DNA of 10,811 bases from Abditibacteriaceae bacterium (GCA_031425655.1 JANPJS010000118.1:1-10811), one strand, 5' to 3'. Shown: positions 1 through 7,045, counted from the stretch's first letter. Notes: generated by a model not told the origin, from the sequence alone. Translations and numbers: made by a program.

Positions 1-108
1 GCCCGCGTTGGAGGGGAATACGCTTTCTCAGACCAATTTTGAACTCAAACCGCGTAAATTCCCCTCCAACGCGGGCGCCCTCTGGGCAGGAGGTTAGGGG
101 AGGGTTCC
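1..108. repeat. Partial REPIN/BoxC-like long palindromic element (left arm cut by window edge), same family as 5922-6051, in opposite orientation
   Basis: Perfect 19-bp inverted repeat gcccgcgttggaggggaat (1-19) / attcccctccaacgcgggc (58-76) around a 38-bp spacer. The right arm continues ...ggaggttaggggagggttcc (89-108), matching the right arm of the 5922-6051 element. The reverse complement of the spacer matches the 38-bp spacer of that element at 26/38 positions (manual count). Confidence 0.85.
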
Positions 109-130
109 GCCACAGGTAACAACTTCGGTT

Positions 131-179
131 AAAAAGCAAAACCCGCAAACGAATCGGATTCGTTTGCGGGTTTTGCTTT
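131..179 (-). terminator. Intrinsic (probably bidirectional) terminator downstream of the Tim44-domain gene
   Basis: Perfect 23-bp inverted repeat aaagcaaaacccgcaaacgaatc (133-155) / gattcgtttgcgggttttgcttt (157-179) with A/T-tracts on both sides, 9 bp past the stop codon at 189. Confidence 0.85.
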
Positions 180-188
180 GTGCGGCGT

Positions 189-1226
189 TTAGCCTTCCTG
201 GTTGATGGCCGAGAGTTTCCACTCGCCGCGTCCGCGTTGGCGCGTGAAAGTCCAGTATTCGCTGAACTGAACCGGCGTCGAGGCATCGCCTTCGATGACC
301 TGACCGTTGCGTTCGGTGTAATCAATCAAGCGAGCATTGATGGACGCCGTGGCATATTCCACTTCGCCTTCCTGCCACGCCTCGGTGATGTCGAAGGAGC
401 GCATCACGATGTTCTTGATGATATTGCGCTCGCCGCGCTGCTCCATCGCTTGCAAATCGCCAATCAATTCAGCCTGCATTTCCGGCGTTGCCGACGAGTT
501 CAGCGTGGCGCGATCTCCGGCTGACCACGCTTCCTGAATCTGGAAAAAGTGATTCGTCAGCGTGTCCTGAAGCTTCAGGTTGGTCATGGACGAGTCTTCA
601 AGAGCAATCGCCGCCAAGCCCTGATCGCGCGATTGATTATTCATCTGGTTGTTCATCGCCGGGCCTTCGGTGTCGCGGAAATCGGAATACGGCGAATTGG
701 CGTTACCAAAGCCGCCCTGATTGCCGCCGAAACCGGGATTCCTGAAGTTATCGGTTTTCACGTTGCCGACCATGTTTGGCTGCTGTTTTGACTTCATCAT
801 GCGGAACAAGGCAAAAAGCGCCAATCCGCCGAGAAGAAGCATCAAAATGCCGCCCATGCCGCCGCCGCCCATGCCGCCGAACGCGTTCATCAGCATGGAG
901 CCGATGACGGTTCCGGCGACGGCGCCCATGAGGCCGCCGAGCAGAGGATTGCGCTGAAGCCACGAGCCGCGATTGTTTTGTCCGTTGACGCCGCTGGCCG
1001 CGCCTCCCGGCTGACGAGCGCCGTTGATGGGCGCCATCTGGTTGCCCGGCCCGCCGCTGTCCTGCGTGCGCGAGCCGCGATTGCCGAACGAGCGATACGA
1101 TCCGCCGCGCGAGCGTCCCACGCGCGCTTCTGCCGTTTCGATGAGCACGCCGCCGGTGAACACGCCGATGGCGGTCAGTGCGACGAGGCGCGCAGTGCCC
1201 ATTCTCTTGATCCAATTACTTAACAT
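189..1226 (-). CDS. Tim44 domain-containing membrane protein (signal peptide, Gly-rich region, TM hairpin, C-terminal Tim44-like domain), 345 aa
   Basis: Start moved from 1286 (ORF track) to ATG at 1226, which follows a strong SD (ggaggaaaaATG). The N-terminus has a signal-peptide-like segment ending AEA, then RVGRSRGGSYRSFGNRGSRT. Hydrophobic Gly-rich helices follow. The C-terminus has Tim44-like motifs FFQIQEAWSAGD...ATPEM and IEGDASTPVQFSEYWTFTR...WKLSAINQ. Confidence 0.88.
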   Translation of the reverse strand: MLSNWIKRMGTARLVALTAIGVFTGGVLIETAEARVGRSRGGSYRSFGNRGSRTQDSGGPGNQMAPINGARQPGGAASGVNGQNNRGSWLQRNPLLGGLMGAVAGTVIGSMLMNAFGGMGGGGMGGILMLLLGGLALFALFRMMKSKQQPNMVGNVKTDNFRNPGFGGNQGGFGNANSPYSDFRDTEGPAMNNQMNNQSRDQGLAAIALEDSSMTNLKLQDTLTNHFFQIQEAWSAGDRATLNSSATPEMQAELIGDLQAMEQRGERNIIKNIVMRSFDITEAWQEGEVEYATASINARLIDYTERNGQVIEGDASTPVQFSEYWTFTRQRGRGEWKLSAINQEG

Positions 1227-1325
1227 TTTTCCTCCGTTGTCTGCCGATTCGGACTGAGCGAATTCATCGCTGTGTCGAACGGTCAATCATTGCTGCTTCG
1301 ATGCCGAAATCGGCGTCTTAGAAAC

Positions 1326-1387
1326 AAAAAAGGCGCAAGACCTCACAGGCTGAGCAAAAACTCATTCCTGTGAAGGTCTTGCGCCTT
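1326..1387 (-). terminator. Intrinsic terminator forming the riboswitch expression platform
   Basis: Minus-strand RNA: AAGGCGCAAGACCUUCACAGG (1387-1367) pairs with CCUGUGAGGUCUUGCGCCUU (1349-1330) with one bulge, followed by UUUUGUUU. The 5' arm overlaps the 3' strand of the aptamer. Confidence 0.88.
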
Positions 1388-1473
1388 AGATCGCTCTAAG
1401 AGAACAGGACGAGCGAAAATTCGCTGTATTGACGACCCTGTTCACCAATTCAATTGGCCGCTACTCCCCTTCA
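1371..1473 (-). promoter_or_regulatory. yybP-ykoY (manganese-sensing) riboswitch aptamer
   Basis: Minus-strand RNA folds as a four-way junction. P1: UGAAGG/CCUUCA, with L1 GGAGUA/AAGA and GCG/CGC. P2: GCCAAU-UGA-AUUGGU. P3: GAACAGG/CCUGUUC, with the L3 region GUCGUCAAUAC and distal hairpin AGCGA-AUUU-UCGCU. P4: CUUAGA-GCGA-UCUAAG. The hallmark motifs AAGGGGAGUAGC, CGUCAAUAC and GCAAGACCUU are all present in the correct order. Confidence 0.93.
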
Positions 1474-1487
1474 GAAGCAACGATTTA

Positions 1488-1493
1488 ATTCTA
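1488..1493 (-). promoter_or_regulatory. Candidate sigma70 -10 box (TAGAAT) for the riboswitch/Tim44 transcript
   Basis: TAGAAT on the minus strand lies 14 nt upstream of the first aptamer base. No convincing -35 box was found. Confidence 0.45.
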
Positions 1494-1577
1494 CTCGATT
1501 TGCCTGCCGAACGCTATGCGATTTTGAAAATAAATCCCGCGCTGATAAAAACGCTTCGCGCTGTAAACTGCACGCTG

Positions 1578-1919
1578 ATGGACGAACCAAAACCGCTTCG
1601 CATTCAATGCCGGCGCGTCAAAGGCTTCAATCTTCAGGCCATGAGTCAAGCGCGCAATGGCTTGCCGTGCGTTTATGTGGGGCGGCCTTCGCGCTGGGGC
1701 AACCCGCACGAGCCGTCGCCGACCGAACGCTTCGATGCTTATAACCGCTTCGTGGCGGTCGAAGATTACAAAGAGCATCTCGAAGAGCATCCCGAATTGG
1801 TCGTGCTGGCCAAACAAGAACTGCGCGGCAAAAATCTGGCGTGCTATTGTAAGGAAGGCGAGGCCTGCCACGCCGATATTCTGCTGCAAATCGCCAACGA
1901 AGACCCAATTGAACCATGA
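1578..1919 (+). CDS. DUF4326 domain-containing protein, 113 aa
   Basis: Motifs VYVGRPSRWGNP and ELRGKNLACYCK-x4-CHADILL are typical of DUF4326. ATG 1578 is preferred over the TTG at 1500 because the family N-terminal pattern (PLRIQCRRVKGF) starts just after it and the upstream part overlaps the divergent promoter region. The stop overlaps the next start (ATGA). Confidence 0.82.
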   Translation: MDEPKPLRIQCRRVKGFNLQAMSQARNGLPCVYVGRPSRWGNPHEPSPTERFDAYNRFVAVEDYKEHLEEHPELVVLAKQELRGKNLACYCKEGEACHADILLQIANEDPIEP

Positions 1920-2986
1920 TAAATTTTGCTATTCTCGGCGCCGGCTGGCGCAGCGAGTTTTTCGCCCGCGCCGCGCGCGAATTGCCCGAACAATTTCAAA
2001 TTAGCGGATTGCTGTCGCGCAGTGCGGAAAAAGCCGCCGCCTTCGGCCAAAAATGGAATGTTCCCGTCGCCTCATCGCTGGATGAATTGCTGCAAGCGCG
2101 GCCCGACTTCGCCGTCGTTTCGGTTCCGTGGGGCATTGGCGAAGAACTCGTTACCGAATTAGCGCGGCGCGGCGTGACGGTTCTTTACGAAACGCCGCCC
2201 TCGCCCACTTTAGACGGCCTGCGCTCATTACACGCGGCGCTGGCCGAGTTTCCCAATGCGCGCGTGCAAGTCGCCGAGCAGTTTCACTTGCAGCCGCTGC
2301 ACGCAGCGCGAATTGAGGCCATCAAACGCGGCTGGATCGGCACGCCGAGCTTTGCGCGCGTCTCGGTGGCACACGGTTATCATGGCATCAGTTTGATGCG
2401 CCGCTATTTGGGAATCGGCTTTGAGCTACCAATAATCACGGCGCGCTCGTTTAAATCGCCCATTCTTGCCGGGCCGGGGCGCGACGGGCCGCCCGACGAA
2501 GAAAAAATAGGCGAATCTGAGCAAACGCTGGCGACTTTCGATTGGGGCGACAAATTAGGCACCTTCGATTTTTGCGGCGACCAGTATTTTTCGTGGATAC
2601 GAGGTCAGGATGTCGTAATTCGCGGCGAACGCGGCGAGATTATCAACGAAGAAATGCGCGTTTTAAACGATTTCCAAACGCCGCTCAAAACCGCTTTGCA
2701 GCGCGAAACCGCGGGCGTCAACGGCAATTTGGAAGGCTATTTTCTCAAAGGTATCACGGCGCGCGGCGAGTGGCTGTATCAAAATCCTTTTGCTCAGGCG
2801 CGGCTTTCCGACGAAGAAATCGCCGTTGCAGCGTGCATGGAAGGCATGGCGCGCCTTGTCCAAAGCGGCGAAGAATTTTATCCAATCGCAGAAGCGATGC
2901 AAGACCGTTATCTCGATATTCTCATGGCCGAAGCCGCCAAAAGCGGGCAAACGGTGCAGGCCGAAGCACAATCGTGGATGTCGTAA
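1916..2986 (+). CDS. Gfo/Idh/MocA family NAD(P)-dependent oxidoreductase
   Basis: N-terminal Rossmann motif FAILGAGWR, PDFAVVSVP, an EKP-equivalent VLYETPP, VQVAEQF and HGYHGISL; 356 aa. Confidence 0.88.
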   Translation: MINFAILGAGWRSEFFARAARELPEQFQISGLLSRSAEKAAAFGQKWNVPVASSLDELLQARPDFAVVSVPWGIGEELVTELARRGVTVLYETPPSPTLDGLRSLHAALAEFPNARVQVAEQFHLQPLHAARIEAIKRGWIGTPSFARVSVAHGYHGISLMRRYLGIGFELPIITARSFKSPILAGPGRDGPPDEEKIGESEQTLATFDWGDKLGTFDFCGDQYFSWIRGQDVVIRGERGEIINEEMRVLNDFQTPLKTALQRETAGVNGNLEGYFLKGITARGEWLYQNPFAQARLSDEEIAVAACMEGMARLVQSGEEFYPIAEAMQDRYLDILMAEAAKSGQTVQAEAQSWMS

Positions 2987-3081
2987 CGAAATTTCATTCC
3001 AGAGGCGCTGAAAAGCGACTTTTCAAGCTCTGCTCTGGCCCCAAATTTGTGCAGTAGGCGGCGAATCGTCTGAAAACTCCT

Positions 3082-3915
3082 ATGAATCCCTCCTGCCTGC
3101 AACATCGCCTGACCCACGAAGAACGACGCACTTTCAACGAAACCGGCCTGCTGCAAATCGAAAACGCGCTCTCGCCCGAACAAGTGTCGGCTTTGACTGC
3201 CGCGACTGACCGCGTTTACGAATCCAAACTCGCCACAGGCCACAATCCGCAACAATCGCTGTTCTACCCGAACTTTCTGCCCGACGACCCCGCTTTCGCC
3301 AACCTGGTGGATTACGAGAAAATCCTGCCTAAAGTGTGGGGCATTTTGGGCTGGAATATTTATTTGTATCACGCGCATCTCATCGTAACGCCGCCGTCGG
3401 GGCAGGCGCGCGACGACAAAACCTTCGGCTGGCATCAAGATTCGGGGCGCGTCAATCAGGAAATGGAAGGGCATCCGCGTCCGCGACTGTCGTTCAAAGT
3501 CGCTTATTTTCTCTCGGATACAAGCGAAGAAGGGCGCGGCAATTTTTGGACGATTCCCGGCAGCCATCTCGACGACGAATTGCAGCGCCCCGCCGACGGA
3601 AAAGGGCAGCCACCGGGCGCCATGCCGGTTTTGGCTAAGCCGGGCACAGCGGTTTTCTTCGACCGGCGCTTGTGGCACGCGGCCAGCCCGAATTGGTCGG
3701 ATGTCACGCGCAAGATTCTCTTTTTTGGCTACGGTTATCGTTGGATTCGCACCAAAGACGACATGACGGTGCAGGATTTATGGCCGCAATCCGACCCGAT
3801 TCGCCGCCAAATGCTGGGATGGGGCGTAAATTGCAACGGGCACTATTCGCCCACCGACGAAGATGTGCCGCTGCGCGCTTGGCTGCGCGAACATTCGCCG
3901 GATGAGGCCAAATAA
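3082..3915 (+). CDS. Phytanoyl-CoA dioxygenase (PhyH) family Fe(II)/2-oxoglutarate dioxygenase
   Basis: LT-EE---F-ETG-L-IENALS N-terminus, iron-binding WHQD ... LWH triad, IPGSH, PGTAVFFDRRLWH and SPNWSDVTR; 277 aa. Confidence 0.9.
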   Translation: MNPSCLQHRLTHEERRTFNETGLLQIENALSPEQVSALTAATDRVYESKLATGHNPQQSLFYPNFLPDDPAFANLVDYEKILPKVWGILGWNIYLYHAHLIVTPPSGQARDDKTFGWHQDSGRVNQEMEGHPRPRLSFKVAYFLSDTSEEGRGNFWTIPGSHLDDELQRPADGKGQPPGAMPVLAKPGTAVFFDRRLWHAASPNWSDVTRKILFFGYGYRWIRTKDDMTVQDLWPQSDPIRRQMLGWGVNCNGHYSPTDEDVPLRAWLREHSPDEAK

Positions 3916-3923
3916 AGGACACC

Positions 3924-4886
3924 ATGCAATACACGAATTTAGGCCGCACCGGATTGAAAGTGAGCCGCCTCTGTCTGGGCACGATGAATTTCGGGCCGCA
4001 AACCAATGAAGCCGATTCCTTCGCCGTGATGGACAAAGCGCTCGAACACGGCATCAACTTTTGGGACAGCGCCGATGTTTACGGCGGCAAAAAAGGCGAA
4101 GGCGTGACCGAGCAGATTATCGGGCGCTACTTCGCGCAGGGCGGAGGGCGGCGCGAAAAAGTGGTTTTAGCCACCAAAGTTTACGGAGACATGGGCGAAT
4201 GGCCCAATACTTCGCGCTTGTCGGCCTTGCACATTCGCCGCGCTTGCGAGGACAGTTTGCGCCGTTTGCAAACCGATTATCTCGATCTGTATCAAATGCA
4301 CCACGTCTGGCGCGAGGCGCCCTGGGCCGAAGTCTGGCAGGCGATGGAACTGCTGGTGCAGCAAGGCAAAGTGATTTACGTCGGCTCGTCCAACTTCGCC
4401 GGCTGGCACATCGCCCAAGCCAATGAAATCGCCAAAAAGCGCAACTTTCTCGGCTTGGTTTCCGAACAAAGCCTGTATAACCTGAACGCGCGCACCATCG
4501 AGCGCGATTTGATTCCGGCCTGCGAATCGTATGGCGTCGGCATTATTCCCTGGAGTCCGCTGGGCGGCGGCTTGCTGGGCGGCGTGTTGGATAAGCCAAG
4601 CGAAGGCCGTCGCGCGGGCATGGACAAGCAAATCGAAGACAACCGCGCCAAGTTGGAGCCGTGGGAAGCTTTGTGCAAAGAAATGGGCGAGCAACCCGCC
4701 GATGTCGCCCTCGCGTGGCTCCTTTCCAACAAAGCCGTGACCGCGCCGATTATCGGGCCGCGCACGATGGAACAACTCGACGGCTCGCTGCGCGCTTTAG
4801 AGATTGAAATTTCGGACGAAACGCGCAAAAAGTTAGATGAAATCTTCCCCGGATTCAAGCCTTCGCCCGAAGGCTACGCGTGGTAA
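3924..4886 (+). CDS. Aldo/keto reductase (AKR12/Tas-like)
   Basis: LGRTGLKVSRLCLGTMNFG, catalytic tetrad in DSADVYG / LATK / LYQMHH, plus GSSN, PWSPLGGGLL and PIIGPRT. SD aaggac precedes the ATG. Confidence 0.93.
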   Translation: MQYTNLGRTGLKVSRLCLGTMNFGPQTNEADSFAVMDKALEHGINFWDSADVYGGKKGEGVTEQIIGRYFAQGGGRREKVVLATKVYGDMGEWPNTSRLSALHIRRACEDSLRRLQTDYLDLYQMHHVWREAPWAEVWQAMELLVQQGKVIYVGSSNFAGWHIAQANEIAKKRNFLGLVSEQSLYNLNARTIERDLIPACESYGVGIIPWSPLGGGLLGGVLDKPSEGRRAGMDKQIEDNRAKLEPWEALCKEMGEQPADVALAWLLSNKAVTAPIIGPRTMEQLDGSLRALEIEISDETRKKLDEIFPGFKPSPEGYAW

Positions 4887-4895
4887 CGCGCGCGA

Positions 4896-4974
4896 GCGGG
4901 GCTAACGCCCTCTTCCAAACCAGTGAGCCTATTTTGTTTGGAAGAGGGTCCGCCCAGAGGGCACCCGGCCCCGC
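4896..4974. repeat. REP-doublet-like intergenic palindrome with an extra unit in its right arm
   Basis: gcggggc (4896-4902) / gccccgc (4968-4974) and ccctcttccaaac (4908-4920) / gtttggaagaggg (4936-4948) are inverted pairs. Opposite the 5-nt taacg lie 19 nt that contain gcccagagggcacccg (4952-4967). Confidence 0.75.
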
Positions 4975-5012
4975 CTCCCTGCTACTGACTCACTACCAAA
5001 AAAGGAAGCACA

Positions 5013-5915
5013 ATGGCATTACCGACAACGAAGTTAGGCCGCACCGGGTTGGAAGTCACGAGGCTCGGTTACGGCGCGATGGAAGTGCGCGGCACGCGCA
5101 TCTGGGGCGGACGGCCCGTCGAAGATTCCGAGGCCGAAAGCATTCTCAACGCCGTCGTGGATTCGGGCATCACTTTCATTGATACCGCCAACGATTACGG
5201 GCGCAGCGAAGAATATATCGGGCGTTATTTATCGCATCGGCGCGGCGAATTCGTGCTGGCGACCAAGTGCGGCTGCACCGTCGTGCATAAAGATGAAAAG
5301 ACCGATGACACGCCGCACGTCTGGACGCGCGAGAACTTGTTTCGCGGCCTGCACGAAAGTTTGCAGCGCATGAAAACCGATTACGTGGATTTGATGCAAC
5401 TGCATAATCCGAGCGTAGAGCAATGCGAAGAAGGCGACTTAGTGGCGGCGTTGCAAGAGATGAAAGCGCAGGGCAAAGTGCGCTGGATCGGCATTTCTTC
5501 GACCAAGCCGCATCTGGAAACTTATATCGGCTGGGGCGTTTTCGACAGCTTCCAGATTCCTTATTCAGCGCTTGAACGCGAACACGAGGAACTTATTCAA
5601 AGCGCTGCCGATGCCGGTGCGGGCGTGATTGTGCGTGGCGGCGTCGCGCGCGGCGAACCCGGCGCCGGGCTGGGCAACAACGACCGCTGGGCCGTGTGGG
5701 AAAAAGCCAAGTTGGACGAATTATTAGAAGACGGAGAAACGCGCACCGGCTTTTTGCTGCGCTTCACCAACTCGCATCCGGGCATGAGCACCAACATCGT
5801 CGGCACTAAAAGCCACGAGCATTTGCAAGATAATGTGCAAGCGGCGGCGCGCGGCGCGTTGTCGCCAAACACCTACGAAGAAGCCAAAAAGCGTTTGGAC
5901 GCGGCTCAGGCGTAA
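5013..5915 (+). CDS. Aldo/keto reductase
   Basis: LGRTGLEVTRLGYGAM, tetrad motifs DTANDYG / LATK / LMQLH, and GKVRWIGIS. SD aaggaag precedes the ATG; 300 aa. Confidence 0.92.
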   Translation: MALPTTKLGRTGLEVTRLGYGAMEVRGTRIWGGRPVEDSEAESILNAVVDSGITFIDTANDYGRSEEYIGRYLSHRRGEFVLATKCGCTVVHKDEKTDDTPHVWTRENLFRGLHESLQRMKTDYVDLMQLHNPSVEQCEEGDLVAALQEMKAQGKVRWIGISSTKPHLETYIGWGVFDSFQIPYSALEREHEELIQSAADAGAGVIVRGGVARGEPGAGLGNNDRWAVWEKAKLDELLEDGETRTGFLLRFTNSHPGMSTNIVGTKSHEHLQDNVQAAARGALSPNTYEEAKKRLDAAQA

Positions 5916-5921
5916 ATCAAG

Positions 5922-6051
5922 CTGTTACGCTGGAACCCTCCCCTAACCCCTCCCGTTGGAGGGGAATTTACGCTGCGTAATTTCAAGCTTGACCGTAGAA
6001 CGCGTATTCCCCTCCAACGGGAGGGGTTAGGGGAGGGTTCCAGCGTAACAG
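5922..6051. repeat. Complete REPIN/BoxC-like long palindromic element (46-bp perfect inverted arms, 38-bp spacer)
   Basis: ctgttacgctggaaccctcccctaacccctcccgttggaggggaat (5922-5967) is the exact reverse complement of 6006-6051. Each arm contains its own hairpin cccctcc-cgtt-ggagggg. Confidence 0.9.
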
Positions 6052-6068
6052 TTATCTTTCAATAACCA

Positions 6069-6112
6069 ACAGCAAAAGGCCGTAATTCAATAGAATTACG
6101 GCCCTTTGCTGT
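6069..6112. terminator. Probable bidirectional terminator hairpin between convergent AKR and isomerase genes
   Basis: acagcaaaaggccgtaattc (6069-6088)-aata-gaattacggccctttgctgt (6093-6112), 19/20 paired, 11 bp from the minus-strand stop at 6124. Confidence 0.75.
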
Positions 6113-6123
6113 GTGAAATAAGC

Positions 6124-6879
6124 TTAACCGGCTAACGAACGCATTTTATTAACGCATTCGGTTAAGGCGGGCACGGGGTTTTCGACATCGGCTTCGTATT
6201 CGATGACGGCCATGCCGTTGAAATCGTTGGCTTCGAGCGCCGTCACGAAAGCGGGCAAATCCAAGTTGCCGGTTCCGACGACGACATCGTTCCACATGGC
6301 GTTGCGGTCGAATGTGAAGTCTTTGTAATGCACGCCATGCACCTGCGATTTGAACTTTTCGACCCACTCGACCGGGTTGCCCTGACGCGGCCCGATTTGC
6401 ATACACCACGCGGTATCAATGCAAACGCCGATCTCCGGCCCGCCCAATTGTAGCAAATGCGAAAGAACGTCCGGCGAGCCGCCGAACATATAGCCGCCGT
6501 GACAGTGAATGCCGACTTTGACGCCGTATTCCTCGCAGAGCGCCGCCGTCGCGGGAACGGCGGTGGCGAAGCTGTCCACGCGAAAATGCGCCGAAATGTG
6601 CTTGGCGCCCGCAGCGACGGCGCACTCGAACCAATCGCGCTCGGAAGCCGCGCCGACAAAGGTTTGCACACCAAGCGAGACGATGCCGACACCGGCGTCC
6701 TGATAGATTTTCACTACGTCGTTCCACGCTTCCACGTCGTTGAAATCGGCGTGAACCCCGCAGACTTCGATGCTGCTGACGCCGATTTTCTTGACCAGTT
6801 GCGCGACTTCCGTGTTGTCCTTAAAATGGCGAAAGCAGTAGCTTTGCACGCCGAAATTCCTTGCAGCCGAGTTGCTCAT
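6124..6879 (-). CDS. Sugar phosphate isomerase/epimerase family protein (xylose isomerase-like TIM barrel), 251 aa
   Basis: Start moved to ATG 6879 after SD gaggaa. Motifs FGVQSYCFR, IEVCGVH, GIHCHG, CIDTAW, GVHYKD, VGTGNLD and VIEYE fit the AP_endonuc_2/IolE-like metal-binding pattern. Confidence 0.87.
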   Translation of the reverse strand: MSNSAARNFGVQSYCFRHFKDNTEVAQLVKKIGVSSIEVCGVHADFNDVEAWNDVVKIYQDAGVGIVSLGVQTFVGAASERDWFECAVAAGAKHISAHFRVDSFATAVPATAALCEEYGVKVGIHCHGGYMFGGSPDVLSHLLQLGGPEIGVCIDTAWCMQIGPRQGNPVEWVEKFKSQVHGVHYKDFTFDRNAMWNDVVVGTGNLDLPAFVTALEANDFNGMAVIEYEADVENPVPALTECVNKMRSLAG

Positions 6880-7045
6880 TAAATTCCTCTTTCCAAAATG
6901 TAGCGCCGAGGCGCCCAATGCAATTGTAGTAAAGCATTTTGGTAGCAATTGATGCGATGCAGAGCCAAGCTTTTCGTGTTGCCATGAGCCAAAAACGGCG
7001 CATCAATCAACTGCGCGCACTTCGACTCTGTAACACTTTGCAGCG

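Noticed and set aside
1227..1286. N-terminal extension of the Tim44 ORF (start 1286 in the ORF track)
   Set aside because: The TTG start has no SD. ATG 1226 has a strong GGAGG and places the signal peptide at the N-terminus.
2999..3038. Imperfect hairpin (ccagag...gaaaag-cga-cttttc...ctctgg) after the oxidoreductase as a terminator
   Set aside because: The stem is interrupted and there is no following U-tract. It is at most an mRNA-stabilising structure.
2908..4858. Long antisense ORFs (2908-3678, 4167-4775, 4376-4858) and other overlapping ORFs in the track
   Set aside because: They are shadow frames of well-supported genes in GC-rich DNA and have no recognisable motifs.
3939..5047. Identical 14-mer ttaggccgcaccgg near the start of both AKR genes as a recent duplication or regulatory site
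   Set aside because: It encodes the conserved LGRTG motif. The two proteins are otherwise highly divergent.
6880..6948. N-terminal extension of the isomerase ORF (start 6948)
   Set aside because: ATG 6879 has an SD (gaggaa) and matches the family start. The extension covers AT-rich promoter-like DNA.
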